Shown piece after piece: positions 35,559 through 47,817 of a stretch of DNA of 64,000 bases. The stretch is from positions 10,207 to 74,206 of IMG/VR virus record IMGVR_UViG_2877251553_000001; one strand, 5' to 3'. The position numbers and the translations under genes were made by a program. The stretch comes from a virus (Duplodnaviria; Heunggongvirae; Uroviricota; Caudoviricetes). The notes beneath the pieces were generated by a model. It was given only the letters and a program-made list of their open reading frames with translations. It was not told the origin of the DNA and searched no databases. Each line of letters opens with the position of its first letter. Position 1 is the first letter of the stretch.

Positions 35559-36767
35559 CTATGATAGTTCAGCGTAAAGCTCTATCAGCTCAGTAATGAA
35601 TGCTCCGAGCGTTATTAATTCTTCTCTAACTGCTTCTGGGTATTTTTTATGTAAAGTTGATGGTACAACGAGTCTGACACCCGCATCTTTCATTTCTCGG
35701 TATTGTGCTGAAGAAACACCTTCTTGCAGTGTAAATAAATGTACCTGATGGATTTTATCTGCTTCATTCAGTATCTGACGCCAGCGATCTTTGCAGGTGG
35801 TCTTTACTGCCAGCATACGTAAGTTTTCTACAGGAAATTCAACGTTATGATATGCCTCTGCTGAAGGAAACAGGAAATCTGGTTTTTTATTACCTTCAGT
35901 AACTGCCTGAGTGGAGAAATGCCGTAGTCCGTGCTCGATAAAAAGCTTCTCTAGGTGAAGTTCAAGTGATTTGCCTGCCCTTGATTTACGTCGATTACTG
36001 ACAGAGTTGGCTAATGCAATAAACTCATCTACAGAATCGAATCCTTTCTTAATAATATCAAGAACATGTAATTCCTCGACGAGTAGAAAAATATCATACT
36101 CGACACGCCGACGGTCAATCAGTTGCTCATCTGGATCCTTGGAGTTTTTAGCATAATGGCCAGCAGCATATTGAATAATTTCGTTTCCAGAAGGAAAACG
36201 CTTCTTCCAGTCTTCAGGAATAACATATTTATGATTTACTGGAGTTTGCTGAAGAGACAATCCGCCCAAAATTTGTCCGGCAGGGCCGGAAATTAGGGTT
36301 CCAGGTATGATTTCGCCAATAGCAGACTCGATGATATCCTCTTCATCGGGATTGACGCAGACCCATATATCTACCTCGGAACAGTCAGTGTTCTGTTCGT
36401 TTAACCTGAAAGCAAGAATTGTGAGGGCTCCTGTATTTTCAGGGTTCTGTAATGGACTTCCTCTCCCCCAGCGCGTAATTCTTTTTTCGTTTCGGGTCTT
36501 ACCAAAATAACGGTTGTTGTAATAAATTGCGCGTGCTTGGGTATCAGGGCAATCATGGGATGATACATGCGCAGTAAGGAAGACTGAAGGGTTCAGTTCG
36601 CGAGTATGATTGATAGATGGAAAAAGCTTTTCAACGATATTTGAGGGGATATAAAGTCCGACCTGATGGCCACCTGTTGCGCCTGTGTCGTTTGCAGAAA
36701 GGCGTTTGATGTAGATAAAGTAATTCCCGCTTGCGATATCAAGCAGCCAGTTATGAAAAACCGACAT
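35559..36767 (-). CDS. Type IIE restriction endonuclease, EcoRII-like
   Basis: About 400 aa; N-terminus SVFHNWLL...[23 protein letters not shown] matches EcoRII; convergent with the methyltransferase gene. Confidence 0.85.
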   Translation of the reverse strand: MSVFHNWLLDIASGNYFIYIKRLSANDTGATGGHQVGLYIPSNIVEKLFPSINHTRELNPSVFLTAHVSSHDCPDTQARAIYYNNRYFGKTRNEKRITRWGRGSPLQNPENTGALTILAFRLNEQNTDCSEVDIWVCVNPDEEDIIESAIGEIIPGTLISGPAGQILGGLSLQQTPVNHKYVIPEDWKKRFPSGNEIIQYAAGHYAKNSKDPDEQLIDRRRVEYDIFLLVEELHVLDIIKKGFDSVDEFIALANSVSNRRKSRAGKSLELHLEKLFIEHGLRHFSTQAVTEGNKKPDFLFPSAEAYHNVEFPVENLRMLAVKTTCKDRWRQILNEADKIHQVHLFTLQEGVSSAQYREMKDAGVRLVVPSTLHKKYPEAVREELITLGAFITELIELYAELS

Positions 36768-36845
36768 ATACATCCCTTTGTTAACATACAGTCAGGGTTA
36801 ACATTTTTCCATAGTTATAGATAAGCGGCTAGGAACTTAAGGGAA

Positions 36846-36875
36846 AAACAAAAAGCCCGCATAAGCGGGCTTTTG
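36846..36875. terminator. Bidirectional rho-independent terminator
   Basis: GCCCGCATAAGCGGGC hairpin flanked by A run and T run. Confidence 0.45.
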
Positions 36876-37002
36876 TGTCACTCGAGAGCCGCGGCTCCTT
36901 TGCGTATCCTTTTTTGTCTCCTCACCGTCTGGTCGGTGTCCTGCTGAGACTGCTAACTTCCTGTTTTTGTTGGTGTTGCCCTTACACCGTCCAATCATGA
37001 TT

Positions 37003-37034
37003 GGTGGAGCTGGCGGGAGTTGAAACCGTAGCCA
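37003..37034 (-). other. tmRNA (ssrA) 3'-end fragment, probable attachment-site core
   Basis: Minus strand ends TTCAACTCCCGCCAGCTCCACCA, identical to the last 23 nt of E. coli tmRNA as recalled; upstream does not match ssrA. Confidence 0.5.
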
Positions 37035-38436
37035 CGTCGTATGCAAGAACGTGCTACGACTGGCTGGTGAACTTCCGATAGTGCGAGTATTGAATGATTT
37101 CCAACTGTTATCGATTTTGCGTATTTTTTGCATGAGAGGATTTTTACCTCCTCCCACCGATCCTCCATGGCTTTACGCCAGTGTCTCTAGGACTGCTATG
37201 TGCCAAAAGCAGAACTTGCTTACATTGTGCTATGTTAATTTGTTGGGAGCAGGTCACAAAGTCCAGCCAGGACGAAAATAAATAATTGCCATACATTTAG
37301 TGTTGATTATTTCGGGATTGTTCATCTATTCTGATTGTATCAGCGAGCAGGCCGGAGTCACTCTTCGTGGAACATCCCATACTTCAGAAAACAATCGTTC
37401 TCTTTATTCTTGCCCTATGGGTAATTGATCCATTCAGGACAAAGAGAAGAAAGCATACTGAATCCACCATTGAAGAAGCCGATGCCAGAGAACGTCATAA
37501 ATGGCGATATCTCAGATGGGGAGTACGAACAATACAAATTGCAGCGACAGTATATATGTTTGCTATGCTGATTCAGTTTTTACTGAAGTAGACGGCTCAG
37601 GCAGGTACGACCGGACGGAATTGGCAGCCAATTCAGCGGAGGCCGGACGGGGTTAAACGTCCCCTCTGTGCCAGTGACCTGCTCCCCGTTGATTCACACG
37701 GAAGACTGTTAGAAATGTGCAATTTTTGCTCACAGCAGACTTTAAGAGTTGATTGTGTGTTGCACTGTGAGATCAAATCAAAACCAATATATTCAGGCAT
37801 CTTCCCACAGCGCCCCCATTCAACAGGCAATTGCTCCTTATCAAATCCCTCAAACCAGTAAACACTACTTTTTGCCCAACAATAGGCACTTCTCCCCAAC
37901 CCTAATGAAACAATGCGCGACTCCAGTCCGGCTTGAGACGACCATGCCGTTTAAGGCGCACACCATTACAAGCAGTTGCTCATATTGAGGGAAAGTTAAT
38001 AAAGAAACTTAACGGCATTTCCTCTTTTGCGCACGTTTCAATTGCCTTGATATCCAGTCTTGGTTACGTTTGCGAATTTTTTGTTTCATTGGCTACTGTT
38101 CTGATTCGACTCACTTATTAATCAATGATCTTACTGTATTCCAACGCCATGCTTTGTACAGGAATGTCCGCTTTTCGCTCATAACAGACATTAACTACAG
38201 TTATGGTAGAAGGTATGCATGCTGGGTGGGGAAAGTATGAAGGAAAAGAAGACTGCTGCGCCGTTTGTCGTCACATTTATCTTCATTGGCTATGCAAGTC
38301 GTAATACAAGGTGGGACAAAACTGAGACACATAAGGCCTCGCAATGACTTGCAAGGCTTTACATGTTTTGATGTGGTGGGACGTGTGAGCGCAGTGTTGA
38401 TGGGGTAATGCTTTGAATTAGAAGCGGATTCTTATA

Positions 38437-38482
38437 ATTCGTAATGCGAAGGTCGTAGGTTCGACTCCTATTATCGGCACCA
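38437..38482 (+). other. tRNA-Thr (CGU, thrW-like) 3' fragment, probable attachment-site core
   Basis: 46 nt from anticodon loop through CCA match thrW as recalled; no 5' half or acceptor partner upstream. Confidence 0.6.
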
Positions 38483-38594
38483 TTCAAACATCTCCCCAAG
38501 TCTACTAAAGTCTTTCAAAACCCCTTATAATCCGCGTATTAAAGCCCCGTTCGTCTTTTGACGCCTACTAAAGTCCCTCAAAATCTACGGTCAG

Positions 38595-38616
38595 ATGGGG
38601 GTACTTATGGGGGTAT
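38595..38616 (+). repeat. 22-bp element ATGGGGGTACTTATGGGGGTAT, left copy of an inverted pair
   Basis: About 20 of 22 positions match the reverse complement of 53464-53485; lies about 30 bp upstream of the integrase start. Confidence 0.5.
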
Positions 38617-38647
38617 TTGCTGTTCGGTTTAGTGGAGGTACCCCCAA

Positions 38648-39862
38648 GTGAAACTCAATGCCCGTCAAATAGACACAGCCAAGCCAAAAGAGAAGGCTTA
38701 CAAGCTGGCCGATGGTGGCGGTTTGTATCTCTTGGTAAAACCTAATGGAGGTAAATACTGGCGACTTAAATATCGTGTAGCTGGTAAAGAGAAGCTATTG
38801 GCACTAGGTGTGTATCCTGAGGTTACTCTAGCCGATGCTCGGGCAAAACGTGAAGATGCGAAAAGAGGTATCGCTGGTGGTATCGATCCGATGGAAGCGA
38901 AACGAGAGGAAAAGATTGCCCGGGAAACGCAGTTAAACAACACCTTCAAAGATATTGCCCTTGAGTGGCACAGCAGCAAATTAAAAAAATGGTCTGCTGG
39001 TTATGCTTCAGACATCCTCGAAGCCTTCAACAAAGATGTGTTCCCTTACATTGGCAAAAAACCAATCGCCGAAATCAAACCACTTGAACTTCTGAATGTG
39101 CTGCGGCGCATCGAGGGGCGCGGTGCTACAGAAAAAGCCAAAAAAGTGAGGCAGCGGTGCGGGGAAGTTTTCCGCTATGCAATAGTCACTGGTCGCGCAG
39201 AGTATAACCCTGCACCAGACCTTACTAGCGCGATGCAAGGCCATGAATCTAATCATTACCCTTTCCTTACAGCTAAAGAATTACCTGATTTTTTCAAGGC
39301 ATTGTCCAGTTACTCAGGAAGCGCATTGGTTGTTATGGCGGCTCGTCTACTGATTATCATCGGCTTGCGGACTGGCGAACTACGTGGCGCATTATGGGAT
39401 GAAATTGATTTCAACAAGGCTATCTGGGAGATACCCGCTTCACGTATGAAAATGCGGCGGCCTCATATTGTGCCATTGTCTGATCAGGCTCTTTCGCTTA
39501 TTGGGAAGATTAGAGAAATAACAGGCAATTACCCTCTTATGTTTCCCGGGCGCAATGATCCAAGGAAAACAATGAGTGAGGCCAGCATAAACCAAGTGTT
39601 TAAGCGCATTGGCTACGCTGGACGTGTAACTGGTCATGGGTTCCGGCACACTATGAGCACGATTTTGCATGAGCAGGGCTATAACACCGCGTGGATAGAA
39701 ACGCAGCTCGCTCACGTTGATAAGAACTCAATTCGTGGCACATACAACCATGCGCAATATCTGGATGGAAGGCGGGAGATGCTTCAATGGTATGCCGACT
39801 ATATGGATGCGCTGGAGAAGGAGGAGAACGTTGTTCATGGTTCGTTTGGGAAACGAGCTTAA
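38648..39862 (+). CDS. Tyrosine integrase, P4-like
   Basis: 404 aa with C-terminal HGFRHT, LAH and RGxY catalytic motifs; adjacent to tRNA fragment. Confidence 0.85.
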   Translation: MKLNARQIDTAKPKEKAYKLADGGGLYLLVKPNGGKYWRLKYRVAGKEKLLALGVYPEVTLADARAKREDAKRGIAGGIDPMEAKREEKIARETQLNNTFKDIALEWHSSKLKKWSAGYASDILEAFNKDVFPYIGKKPIAEIKPLELLNVLRRIEGRGATEKAKKVRQRCGEVFRYAIVTGRAEYNPAPDLTSAMQGHESNHYPFLTAKELPDFFKALSSYSGSALVVMAARLLIIIGLRTGELRGALWDEIDFNKAIWEIPASRMKMRRPHIVPLSDQALSLIGKIREITGNYPLMFPGRNDPRKTMSEASINQVFKRIGYAGRVTGHGFRHTMSTILHEQGYNTAWIETQLAHVDKNSIRGTYNHAQYLDGRREMLQWYADYMDALEKEENVVHGSFGKRA

Positions 39863-39925
39863 CTGTATGAATAGACCGTGTTAAGCAATGGTAGTAGACT
39901 TATGTAGACGAACAAAGAATAGGCT

Positions 39926-40276
39926 ATGTCTAGGCTGATCCCGAAAACCCGTACACCCCTACGGGCTGGCATAGCCGTCAGAATTAGGGGCGCGGGGTGG
40001 CGTATGGTGAGAGCCAAAAAACAAGATTTAGCATGGTTTGATATTAGTAATTATGAATTTTTAAATGATTTAACCTTGCCGGACTTGATTCAAGAATTAG
40101 AGTGGCGCGATTTTTTATTGCGTCATGCAAAAGATGACACTGCTATATTCAAAGAAGAGTACGATATAAAATATGAAAGGATTTTTTCGGGCGATCCTAA
40201 CCTAACCATTCTCAATGAAGAAGAGGAAGAGGTCGAAGAATTTATTCGCAAAGTAAATGATGAAGCCCATCATTAA
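39926..40276 (+). CDS. Hypothetical protein with acidic C-terminus
   Basis: ORF in AT-rich DNA just downstream of integrase; start uncertain. Confidence 0.35.
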   Translation: MSRLIPKTRTPLRAGIAVRIRGAGWRMVRAKKQDLAWFDISNYEFLNDLTLPDLIQELEWRDFLLRHAKDDTAIFKEEYDIKYERIFSGDPNLTILNEEEEEVEEFIRKVNDEAHH

Positions 40277-40349
40277 GAAATGAGTACGATGATCTACCCT
40301 CATTATCTTCAGCTATGGGGTTAGTCCAGTAACATTTTCAGAGCTGGCC

Positions 40350-40691
40350 ATGTACTCTTTCTCATCGATAGATCAAGGCTTTTTTAAAAGAGACGAAGAG
40401 GATTGCTACCTCAAGGCAAACGCTATGCTTGCGAGTGTTACTGGAAACCTAAGTAATTGTTCCCCTAACATCATACTCGTTTCTATAGATTTAGATGACG
40501 CCACTGATGACGAAATTATTACCAGCCTGACTCACCTTCTACCTCTATGGCGAAAAGAGTTAAAAGTACCAGAGAGAGAGCATGTCGCTCAGAAAAGGAT
40601 TGGATTAAAGACCCTTCAGAAGTTGATATCTAATAGAGTGATACCTATTGTTGATCTGCTGATTTGGGTGAGAAGTCAGGTAAGGAAGTGA
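40350..40691 (+). CDS. Hypothetical protein
   Basis: 113-aa ORF, AT-rich; overlaps next ORF. Confidence 0.35.
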   Translation: MYSFSSIDQGFFKRDEEDCYLKANAMLASVTGNLSNCSPNIILVSIDLDDATDDEIITSLTHLLPLWRKELKVPEREHVAQKRIGLKTLQKLISNRVIPIVDLLIWVRSQVRK

Positions 40692-40882
40692 GCAATCCGA
40701 TGATTTCTGCCTTGGTTTTTAGTGATGATCCGAAAGATACGCAGGCTATTAAGGAATCAATAAAGCCTTTTGCACTTGAATCTATAAGCGAGAGATACAC
40801 CCGCTTGCTTCAGCTTTATGTAAACAAAGACAGAGAAATGAGCTTGATAAAAATATCTGATTTAATGAGTAGAGATTTATAG
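40664..40882 (+). CDS. Hypothetical small protein
   Basis: 72-aa ORF overlapping previous ORF in another frame. Confidence 0.3.
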   Translation: MGEKSGKEVSNPMISALVFSDDPKDTQAIKESIKPFALESISERYTRLLQLYVNKDREMSLIKISDLMSRDL

Positions 40883-41079
40883 CAAGCAAAATCCTACGTA
40901 AACGTTTTAAGTAAATTTCGCGATTTCCGCTTTGAATACGCTACTGTGTATTTCAAAGCGGATAATCTTCTCAAAAAAATATTTTATTTTTATCCGCTAT
41001 CACCCATTCACCGGTTTGTTTAATCTCCTTTCTGTCTACTGATGTCCATTAAAGAAGATGACAGAATATAGGAGTAAAC

Positions 41080-41277
41080 ATGTCTCAATCATTTATTCGT
41101 CTTTCTGAGGTTCAACGCCGTACTGGTTACAGCAAAGTGTGGATTTATCGGCTCATCAAAGAACAGCGATTCCCTCAATCTGTAAAGATTGGAAGCCGAT
41201 CAATTGCGTTTATTGAAAGTGAAATTGAAGAATGGATTAATCAGCGCATCGCTGAGTCGCGTGGCGAGGTAGCGTAA
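41080..41277 (+). CDS. AlpA-family transcriptional regulator
   Basis: 65 aa helix-turn-helix protein with AlpA-like pattern; typical partner of P4-like integrases. Confidence 0.7.
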   Translation: MSQSFIRLSEVQRRTGYSKVWIYRLIKEQRFPQSVKIGSRSIAFIESEIEEWINQRIAESRGEVA

Positions 41278-41615
41278 TGAATAAGAAAAACCGCCCATTA
41301 CAGGCGGCTAATTCAGATATTCGCGTATCTGATGTTACGCCCCTTACAAAATCCCTTCAAGCACCAAAGCGCACACCGAAAAAGCATCGTGCCAGAGTCT
41401 ATATGCTGCGTACTGGTATAGAGGGATGGACAGAAAATGACATTCTTCGCTACTGCCGTCTGTCTTCTGGTCGTAACTATGCAACAGAGTTAGAACGCCA
41501 GCTTGGAATCACTCTGGAACGTATCGACGAAAAGAATCCTGATGGTATCGGAACACACCTTCGCTACCGTTTCTCCTGCCGTGGTGATGTTCTGAAAGTG
41601 ATCACTCATATGTAA
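41277..41615 (+). CDS. Hypothetical island protein
   Basis: 112-aa ORF, ATGA-coupled to the AlpA-like gene. Confidence 0.4.
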   Translation: MNKKNRPLQAANSDIRVSDVTPLTKSLQAPKRTPKKHRARVYMLRTGIEGWTENDILRYCRLSSGRNYATELERQLGITLERIDEKNPDGIGTHLRYRFSCRGDVLKVITHM

Positions 41616-41649
41616 GGCAGTATGACTTTCCGTGAGACAGATGCTGGCC

Positions 41650-42900
41650 AACGTGGGATATTTAACGCGGGTTAACATCGTTGTCAGAGCCGCATGGGTG
41701 AGCTGTTGCTACACCCCGGTATTTCCACCACGGAGGCCAGCATGAACAACAATAACACATTGTACGTCGGGTTAGATGTTCACAAAGAATCGATTACTGT
41801 CGCTTATGCTATCAATTCAGAACCTGTTGAACTGATGGGTAAAATTGGCACATCACCTACTGATATTCAGAATCTTTGTAAACGTCTCAGGTCAAAGTCA
41901 TCGCAGGTCAGTATCGTTTATGAAGCGGGGCCCTGTGGTTATGGACTTTATCGTCGGCTGGTGAAATCCGGTTTTGACTGCATGGTCTGCGCCCCTCACT
42001 TATCCCGAAAAAACCGGGGGAGCGGGTTAAAACCGATCGCCGTGATGCCATCAGACTTGTGCGTTCACTGCGTGCAGGAGATCTTTCTGCTGTCTACGTA
42101 CCCGGCATTGAAGATGAGGCATTCCGGGATTTGGCCCGGGCATGGGCATCTGCCCGCGATGATTTACGGCATGCAAGGCAACGTCTGAAATCGTTTCTTC
42201 TGGTTCATGGGGTCCATTATGTCGGGCGAGCAGATTGGGGCCCTGCACACCGACGCTGGCTCAGCAAATACTCATTCGAAAGTCCCTGGCGACAATTAGC
42301 TTTTGACGAACACCGTCGTACAATAGAAGACCGGCAGGCACAATGTGAACGGCTGGAATCCGCCCTGAAGGAGGCCGTTACCGAATGGAGGCTGTATCCG
42401 GTAGTAGAGGCGCTGCAAGCCATGCGAGGGATTCAGTTTATTACTGCGGTTGGATTAATTTCTGAACTGGGTGATCTGACCCGTTTTGAACATCCACGAC
42501 AACTGATGTCATGGTTTGGTATCACGCCATCAGAATATTCATCGGGTGGAAGCAGACATCAGGGCAGCATTACCAAAGCCGGAAACAGCTATGCCAGAAA
42601 GCTATTGGTCGAGGCAGCGTGGAGTTACCGTCATCCGGCACGCATCAGTCCGGCAATACAAAAAAGGCAGGAAAATTTACCCCGCCCCGTCATTGACAGA
42701 GCATGGGATGCTCAACTCAGGCTCTGTAAGAGGTATCGAAAACTTCAGGCCAAAGGAAAGAATGTCAATATTACAATTGTTGCTGTTGCACGTGAGCTGG
42801 CGGGTTTTATCTGGGATATGGGCCGAATAGCAATGTCTGTCGCACAACAACCACAATGTCACAAATAAAAAATGAGAATAACCAGTTCCCTGAAGGCGAC
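41650..42900 (+). mobile_element. IS110-family insertion sequence, boundaries approximate
   Basis: Encodes IS110-type transposase; family lacks clear terminal repeats. Confidence 0.55.
41742..42868 (+). CDS. IS110-family transposase; apparent frameshift near 41985
   Basis: N-terminus LYVGLDVHK and C-terminal ITPSEYSSGG..GSITKAGN motifs; two ORFs rejoin at a C run. Confidence 0.7.
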
Positions 42901-43160
42901 GTAGCCCGGTACAAGAGTAACCCACGTTAGCGCTTGGCGACGGCGGAACAAAGCTGATTCGCGACGTAAGAAAGTGGCAGGCTCATATGACGGACCTCTG
43001 TAATGCGGTATCCAACCCGCGAATATCAGCGTGATTCACCGTCGGATTTACTGCTACGTCGCCCTCAGGGAATTAAACCTAAAAAGAAAATCGTCAAAAT
43101 TAGAGATTCCGGTTTGACACGGAAAGTCATATCAGCGTCAACGGAGCACCGTATTGACGC

Positions 43161-44752
43161 TTATTTATTGGTGAGTGCTACGTTCCATGGCAGGAGTTCG
43201 TCAACACGGTTGGAAGGCCATTCCGGCAGTACGCTCAGGATATAGCGCAGATACGCTTCCGGATCGATACCGTTCAGTCGGCAGGTGCCGATCAGCCCGT
43301 ACAGTAGCGCACCACGCTCTCCACCGTGATCGCTGCCGAAGAACATAAAGTTTTTCTTTCCGAGACAGACTGCACGAAGCGCTCTTTCCGCGGCATTATT
43401 ATCCGCCTCAGCCAGACCATCATCACTGAAGTTGCACAACGCAACCCAGTGCTTCCTGATATACCGGAACGCATCTCTCAGACGGCATTTTTTCGATAAC
43501 GTCTGTTCTTTCTCCTGCATCAGCTTATACAGGGAAGTCAGTAGCGGTTTACTCTGCATTTGCCTGACCGCCAGGCGTTCAGACACCGGCAACCCGCGTA
43601 TTTCGTGCTCGATGGCGTACAGCTCACCGATTAGTTTCAGGGCTTCTTCCGCTGTCGCGCTTTTGGTACTGATATATACATCGTGGACTTTGCGCCGCGC
43701 ATGAGCCCAGCATCCTGCTTCCGTCAACGCGCCGCCTTCTCGTTCGGCACTGAACAGCCGATCGTAACCATTAAACGCATCTGCCTGCAGGATACCCCGG
43801 AAGGGACTAAGGTGCTGCTCCGGATGTTTACCCTGATGGTCCGGTGAGTAGGCGAACCAGACCGCCGGAGGCTCTGGCGAACCGGCATTCCTGTCATCCC
43901 GGACATACGTCCAGATATATCCTGTTTTCGCCTTCTTCCTGCCCGGTGCCAGCACTTTTACTGGTGTGTCATCAGTGTGAACTTTGCGGCTGTTCATCAC
44001 ATAACGGTACAGAGCATCATTCAGCGGCGTCATTAACTGGCAGCACGCGTCAACCCAGTTGGAGAGTAATGCACGGCTCAGTTCGACACCCTGACGGGCA
44101 AAAATTTCACTCTGACGATACAGTGGCAGGTGTTCGCAGTATTTTCCCGTTAACACGCGGGCAAGTAACCCCGGGCCCGCGATACCACGCTCTATCGGAC
44201 GGGATGGTGCCGGTGCTTCAACGATGCAGTCACATTTTGTACAGGCTTTTTTTACCCGTTCTGTGCGGATCACTTTCAGAGCGCTGCTCACCAGTTCCAG
44301 TTGTTCTGCGCTGACTTCCCCAGATAATCCAGCTCACCGCCACACTCCGGGCAACAGCTTTCTTCTGGCTCCAGGCGATTTATTTCGCGGGGCAGATGCT
44401 CCGGTAACGGGCGACGATGACGAGACTGTCGCAACTGGCGGGGAACCTGCGGATCGTCTTCCCGCCCACTGTAACGATCACTGTCCTGTTCGCGTTGTTT
44501 CAGCAGGGCCTCAGCCTGTTCAACTTCACGACGCAGTTTTTCAGAACGGGTACCGAACAGCATCCGGCGCAGTTTTTCTATCTGAGCCCGCAGATGTTCT
44601 ATTTCCCGTTCATCTTCTTCGATCTTTTCTTCGGCGCGGGCCAGTGCAGAGCGCAGGAAGGCCTCCGTCTCTTCAACCAGACTCAGTTGCTGGTCTTTCT
44701 GACGGAGCTGGCATTCCAGTTCTGCAATGCGAATGAGGTATTTTTGATTCAT
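43161..44752 (-). CDS. IS66-family transposase TnpC; apparent frameshift near 44295
   Basis: Two ORFs with leucine zipper, CxxC zinc finger and DDE region typical of IS66 transposase. Confidence 0.7.
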
Positions 44753-44782
44753 GGCCGTTTTTATAATCCGGCCATGACATTT

Positions 44783-45142
44783 TTACAACATTGTCAGTGC
44801 GTTAAGGCGGGATGTTTTTGGCTGACGCCAGTCCAGCTTATCGAGGAGCATTGCCAGTTGCGAGCGGGTAATGGATACCTTGCCGTCACGCACAGCAGGC
44901 CAGATAAACTGGCCTTCCTCCAGGCGTCTGGTGAACAGGCACAGACCATCAGCATCAGCCCACAGGATTTTAATCATGTCACCCCGTCGGCCACGGAAGA
45001 TGAACAGGTGACCGGAGAAGGGATTATCATTCAGCACATGCTGTACCTGTTCACCCAGCCCGTTGAAAGACTTACGCATATCGGTTATCCCAGCAACGAG
45101 CCAGATGCGGGTGCCTGACGGGAGTGAGATCATCGTCCCCAC
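44783..45142 (-). CDS. IS66-family accessory protein TnpB
   Basis: 119-aa ORF with IS66 orf2 pattern (LPSGTRIWLVAGITDMR). Confidence 0.75.
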   Translation of the reverse strand: MGTMISLPSGTRIWLVAGITDMRKSFNGLGEQVQHVLNDNPFSGHLFIFRGRRGDMIKILWADADGLCLFTRRLEEGQFIWPAVRDGKVSITRSQLAMLLDKLDWRQPKTSRLNALTML

Positions 45143-45561
45143 CCGGTCAGTTCACGGATCAACACTGTGAGCAGCTCTGGTGAAGGATTTTCCAGCGTCA
45201 TGTTACCGTGACGGAACTCCACCTTGCAGGAGCTGGCACTAACTGTAGTCTGAGTAGATAAAGACGGAGTAAGAGCAGCCACCGGTTCTTTCGGCTCATC
45301 CGGCGTTATCTCCACAGGTAATAATTCAACGCCAGTGTCAGAAGAGGTTGTTACCGGAAGACGCCGCGATATGCGCCCTTCGTTCTGCCAGAGCCTGAGC
45401 CATTTGAACAGCAGGTTATCATTGATATCGTGTTCCCGGGCAATACGGGCAACAGAGGCTCCTGGTTGTGAAGCCAGTTTAACCATTTGAAGTTTAAACT
45501 CATTTGAAAATGATCTGCGGGTTCTGCAGATAATGCTTTCTGTTCCATAACAGGTGTCCAC
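45130..45561 (-). CDS. IS66-family accessory protein TnpA
   Basis: Small upstream ORF in IS66 arrangement. Confidence 0.6.
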   Translation of the reverse strand: MDTCYGTESIICRTRRSFSNEFKLQMVKLASQPGASVARIAREHDINDNLLFKWLRLWQNEGRISRRLPVTTSSDTGVELLPVEITPDEPKEPVAALTPSLSTQTTVSASSCKVEFRHGNMTLENPSPELLTVLIRELTGWGR

Positions 45562-45714
45562 TAGTTGAAAAGGTGGGCACCTACGTTACCAATACAGGCT
45601 TAATGGCTACATACGGCGGTCAGTTTACGCTTACACTCATATTGAAGTGGCACACTGAATTTGGCCACCTGAACAGAGGTGATATGCTCACCTCAGAACA
45701 ACACAGGTGCTCCA

Positions 45715-46958
<1,244 letters not shown>

Positions 46959-46999
46959 TGATTCTGTAACTCATATTTGCCCAACAATTCGTCCGCTTC

Positions 47000-47155
47000 C
47001 TAAATAGCTTCTGGTACGCCATTGAGCAGTGACATAACCGCGCCAATCATTAACTTGTCTCTGTTGCTGGGGCTGGCCCCTTCAAGCCAGAACCCTAAAA
47101 CAGTCTGAACCTGTTCGATGCGACATTGCGCTTCAATGAGCTGGATGTTGGTCAT
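47000..47155 (-). CDS. Small hypothetical phage protein
   Basis: 51-aa ORF, ATGA-coupled to upstream gene. Confidence 0.3.
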   Translation of the reverse strand: MTNIQLIEAQCRIEQVQTVLGFWLEGASPSNRDKLMIGAVMSLLNGVPEAI

Positions 47156-47415
47156 TTCGCACTCTCCACATCGATTAAACCGATATCTATCAGGGAGGTA
47201 ACTTTTTGTAGCCAGCTATTGATTACTGTCGCCTGTTCCCCTCCCACCGAGGGAACAATCTCATTCATCACATGAACCAGACCTGTGCGCGCTCTGGTAA
47301 GCCGTTCAGTCGCGCAATCTGCGGGAGTGAATGTGTCTGGATATGGCTCTTCACGCCCCAGCAATGATTCAATTTCCAGCTCACACGGATGACGATAAAT
47401 TAAGTTGATATTCAT
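47152..47415 (-). CDS. Hypothetical phage protein
   Basis: 87-aa ORF in a co-directional overlapping gene string. Confidence 0.35.
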   Translation of the reverse strand: MNINLIYRHPCELEIESLLGREEPYPDTFTPADCATERLTRARTGLVHVMNEIVPSVGGEQATVINSWLQKVTSLIDIGLIDVESAK

Positions 47416-47606
47416 TTTTCACCCCCAAGAATTACCAGCTCGGCACGGGCATCGTTAACCAAAGATGAGCACGCTTTAATCGCATCCACGACATCAGTAG
47501 CGTCCATTTCTTCAGCCGAAAGACTGACAGCAACCAGGACAGCCGCTGCTTGCTCGATTAATTGAAGTGCGGACGTAAGGCGAGGGGTATTAATTGAGTT
47601 ATTCAT
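47412..47606 (-). CDS. Small hypothetical phage protein
   Basis: 64-aa ORF with overlapping start and stop. Confidence 0.3.
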   Translation of the reverse strand: MNNSINTPRLTSALQLIEQAAAVLVAVSLSAEEMDATDVVDAIKACSSLVNDARAELVILGGEK

Positions 47607-47817
47607 TGGTTGCCCCCGTTTTTCCTGGCATTTCGCCACCTTCCAGCAGGAAATGAACGTCACGAACGGCGAGATCCAATATCGCGAGTAACGCCTTCAG
47701 TCTTTCGTCTCGTGAGGGAGAGTTGCTCACCAGAATGTCGTTAATCACTTCTGTCAGTGTGATGATCTGGCTTGTGCGTTCGAGGGGATCCATATGCACA
47801 TCGTAGGTTTTAATCAT
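47599..47817 (-). CDS. Small hypothetical phage protein
   Basis: 72-aa C-terminal segment of the long ORF reads as a separate coupled gene. Confidence 0.3.
   Translation of the reverse strand: MIKTYDVHMDPLERTSQIITLTEVINDILVSNSPSRDERLKALLAILDLAVRDVHFLLEGGEMPGKTGATNE

Larger units (their letters stand above)
43131..45634 (-). mobile_element. IS66-family insertion sequence, copy 1; left boundary approximate
   Basis: Three-gene IS66 organisation; right terminus GTAAGCG on minus strand at 45628-45634. Confidence 0.75.

Noticed and set aside
38390-38482. Intact tRNA-Thr gene
   Set aside because: Only the 3' 46 nt match; the upstream sequence cannot form the acceptor or D arms
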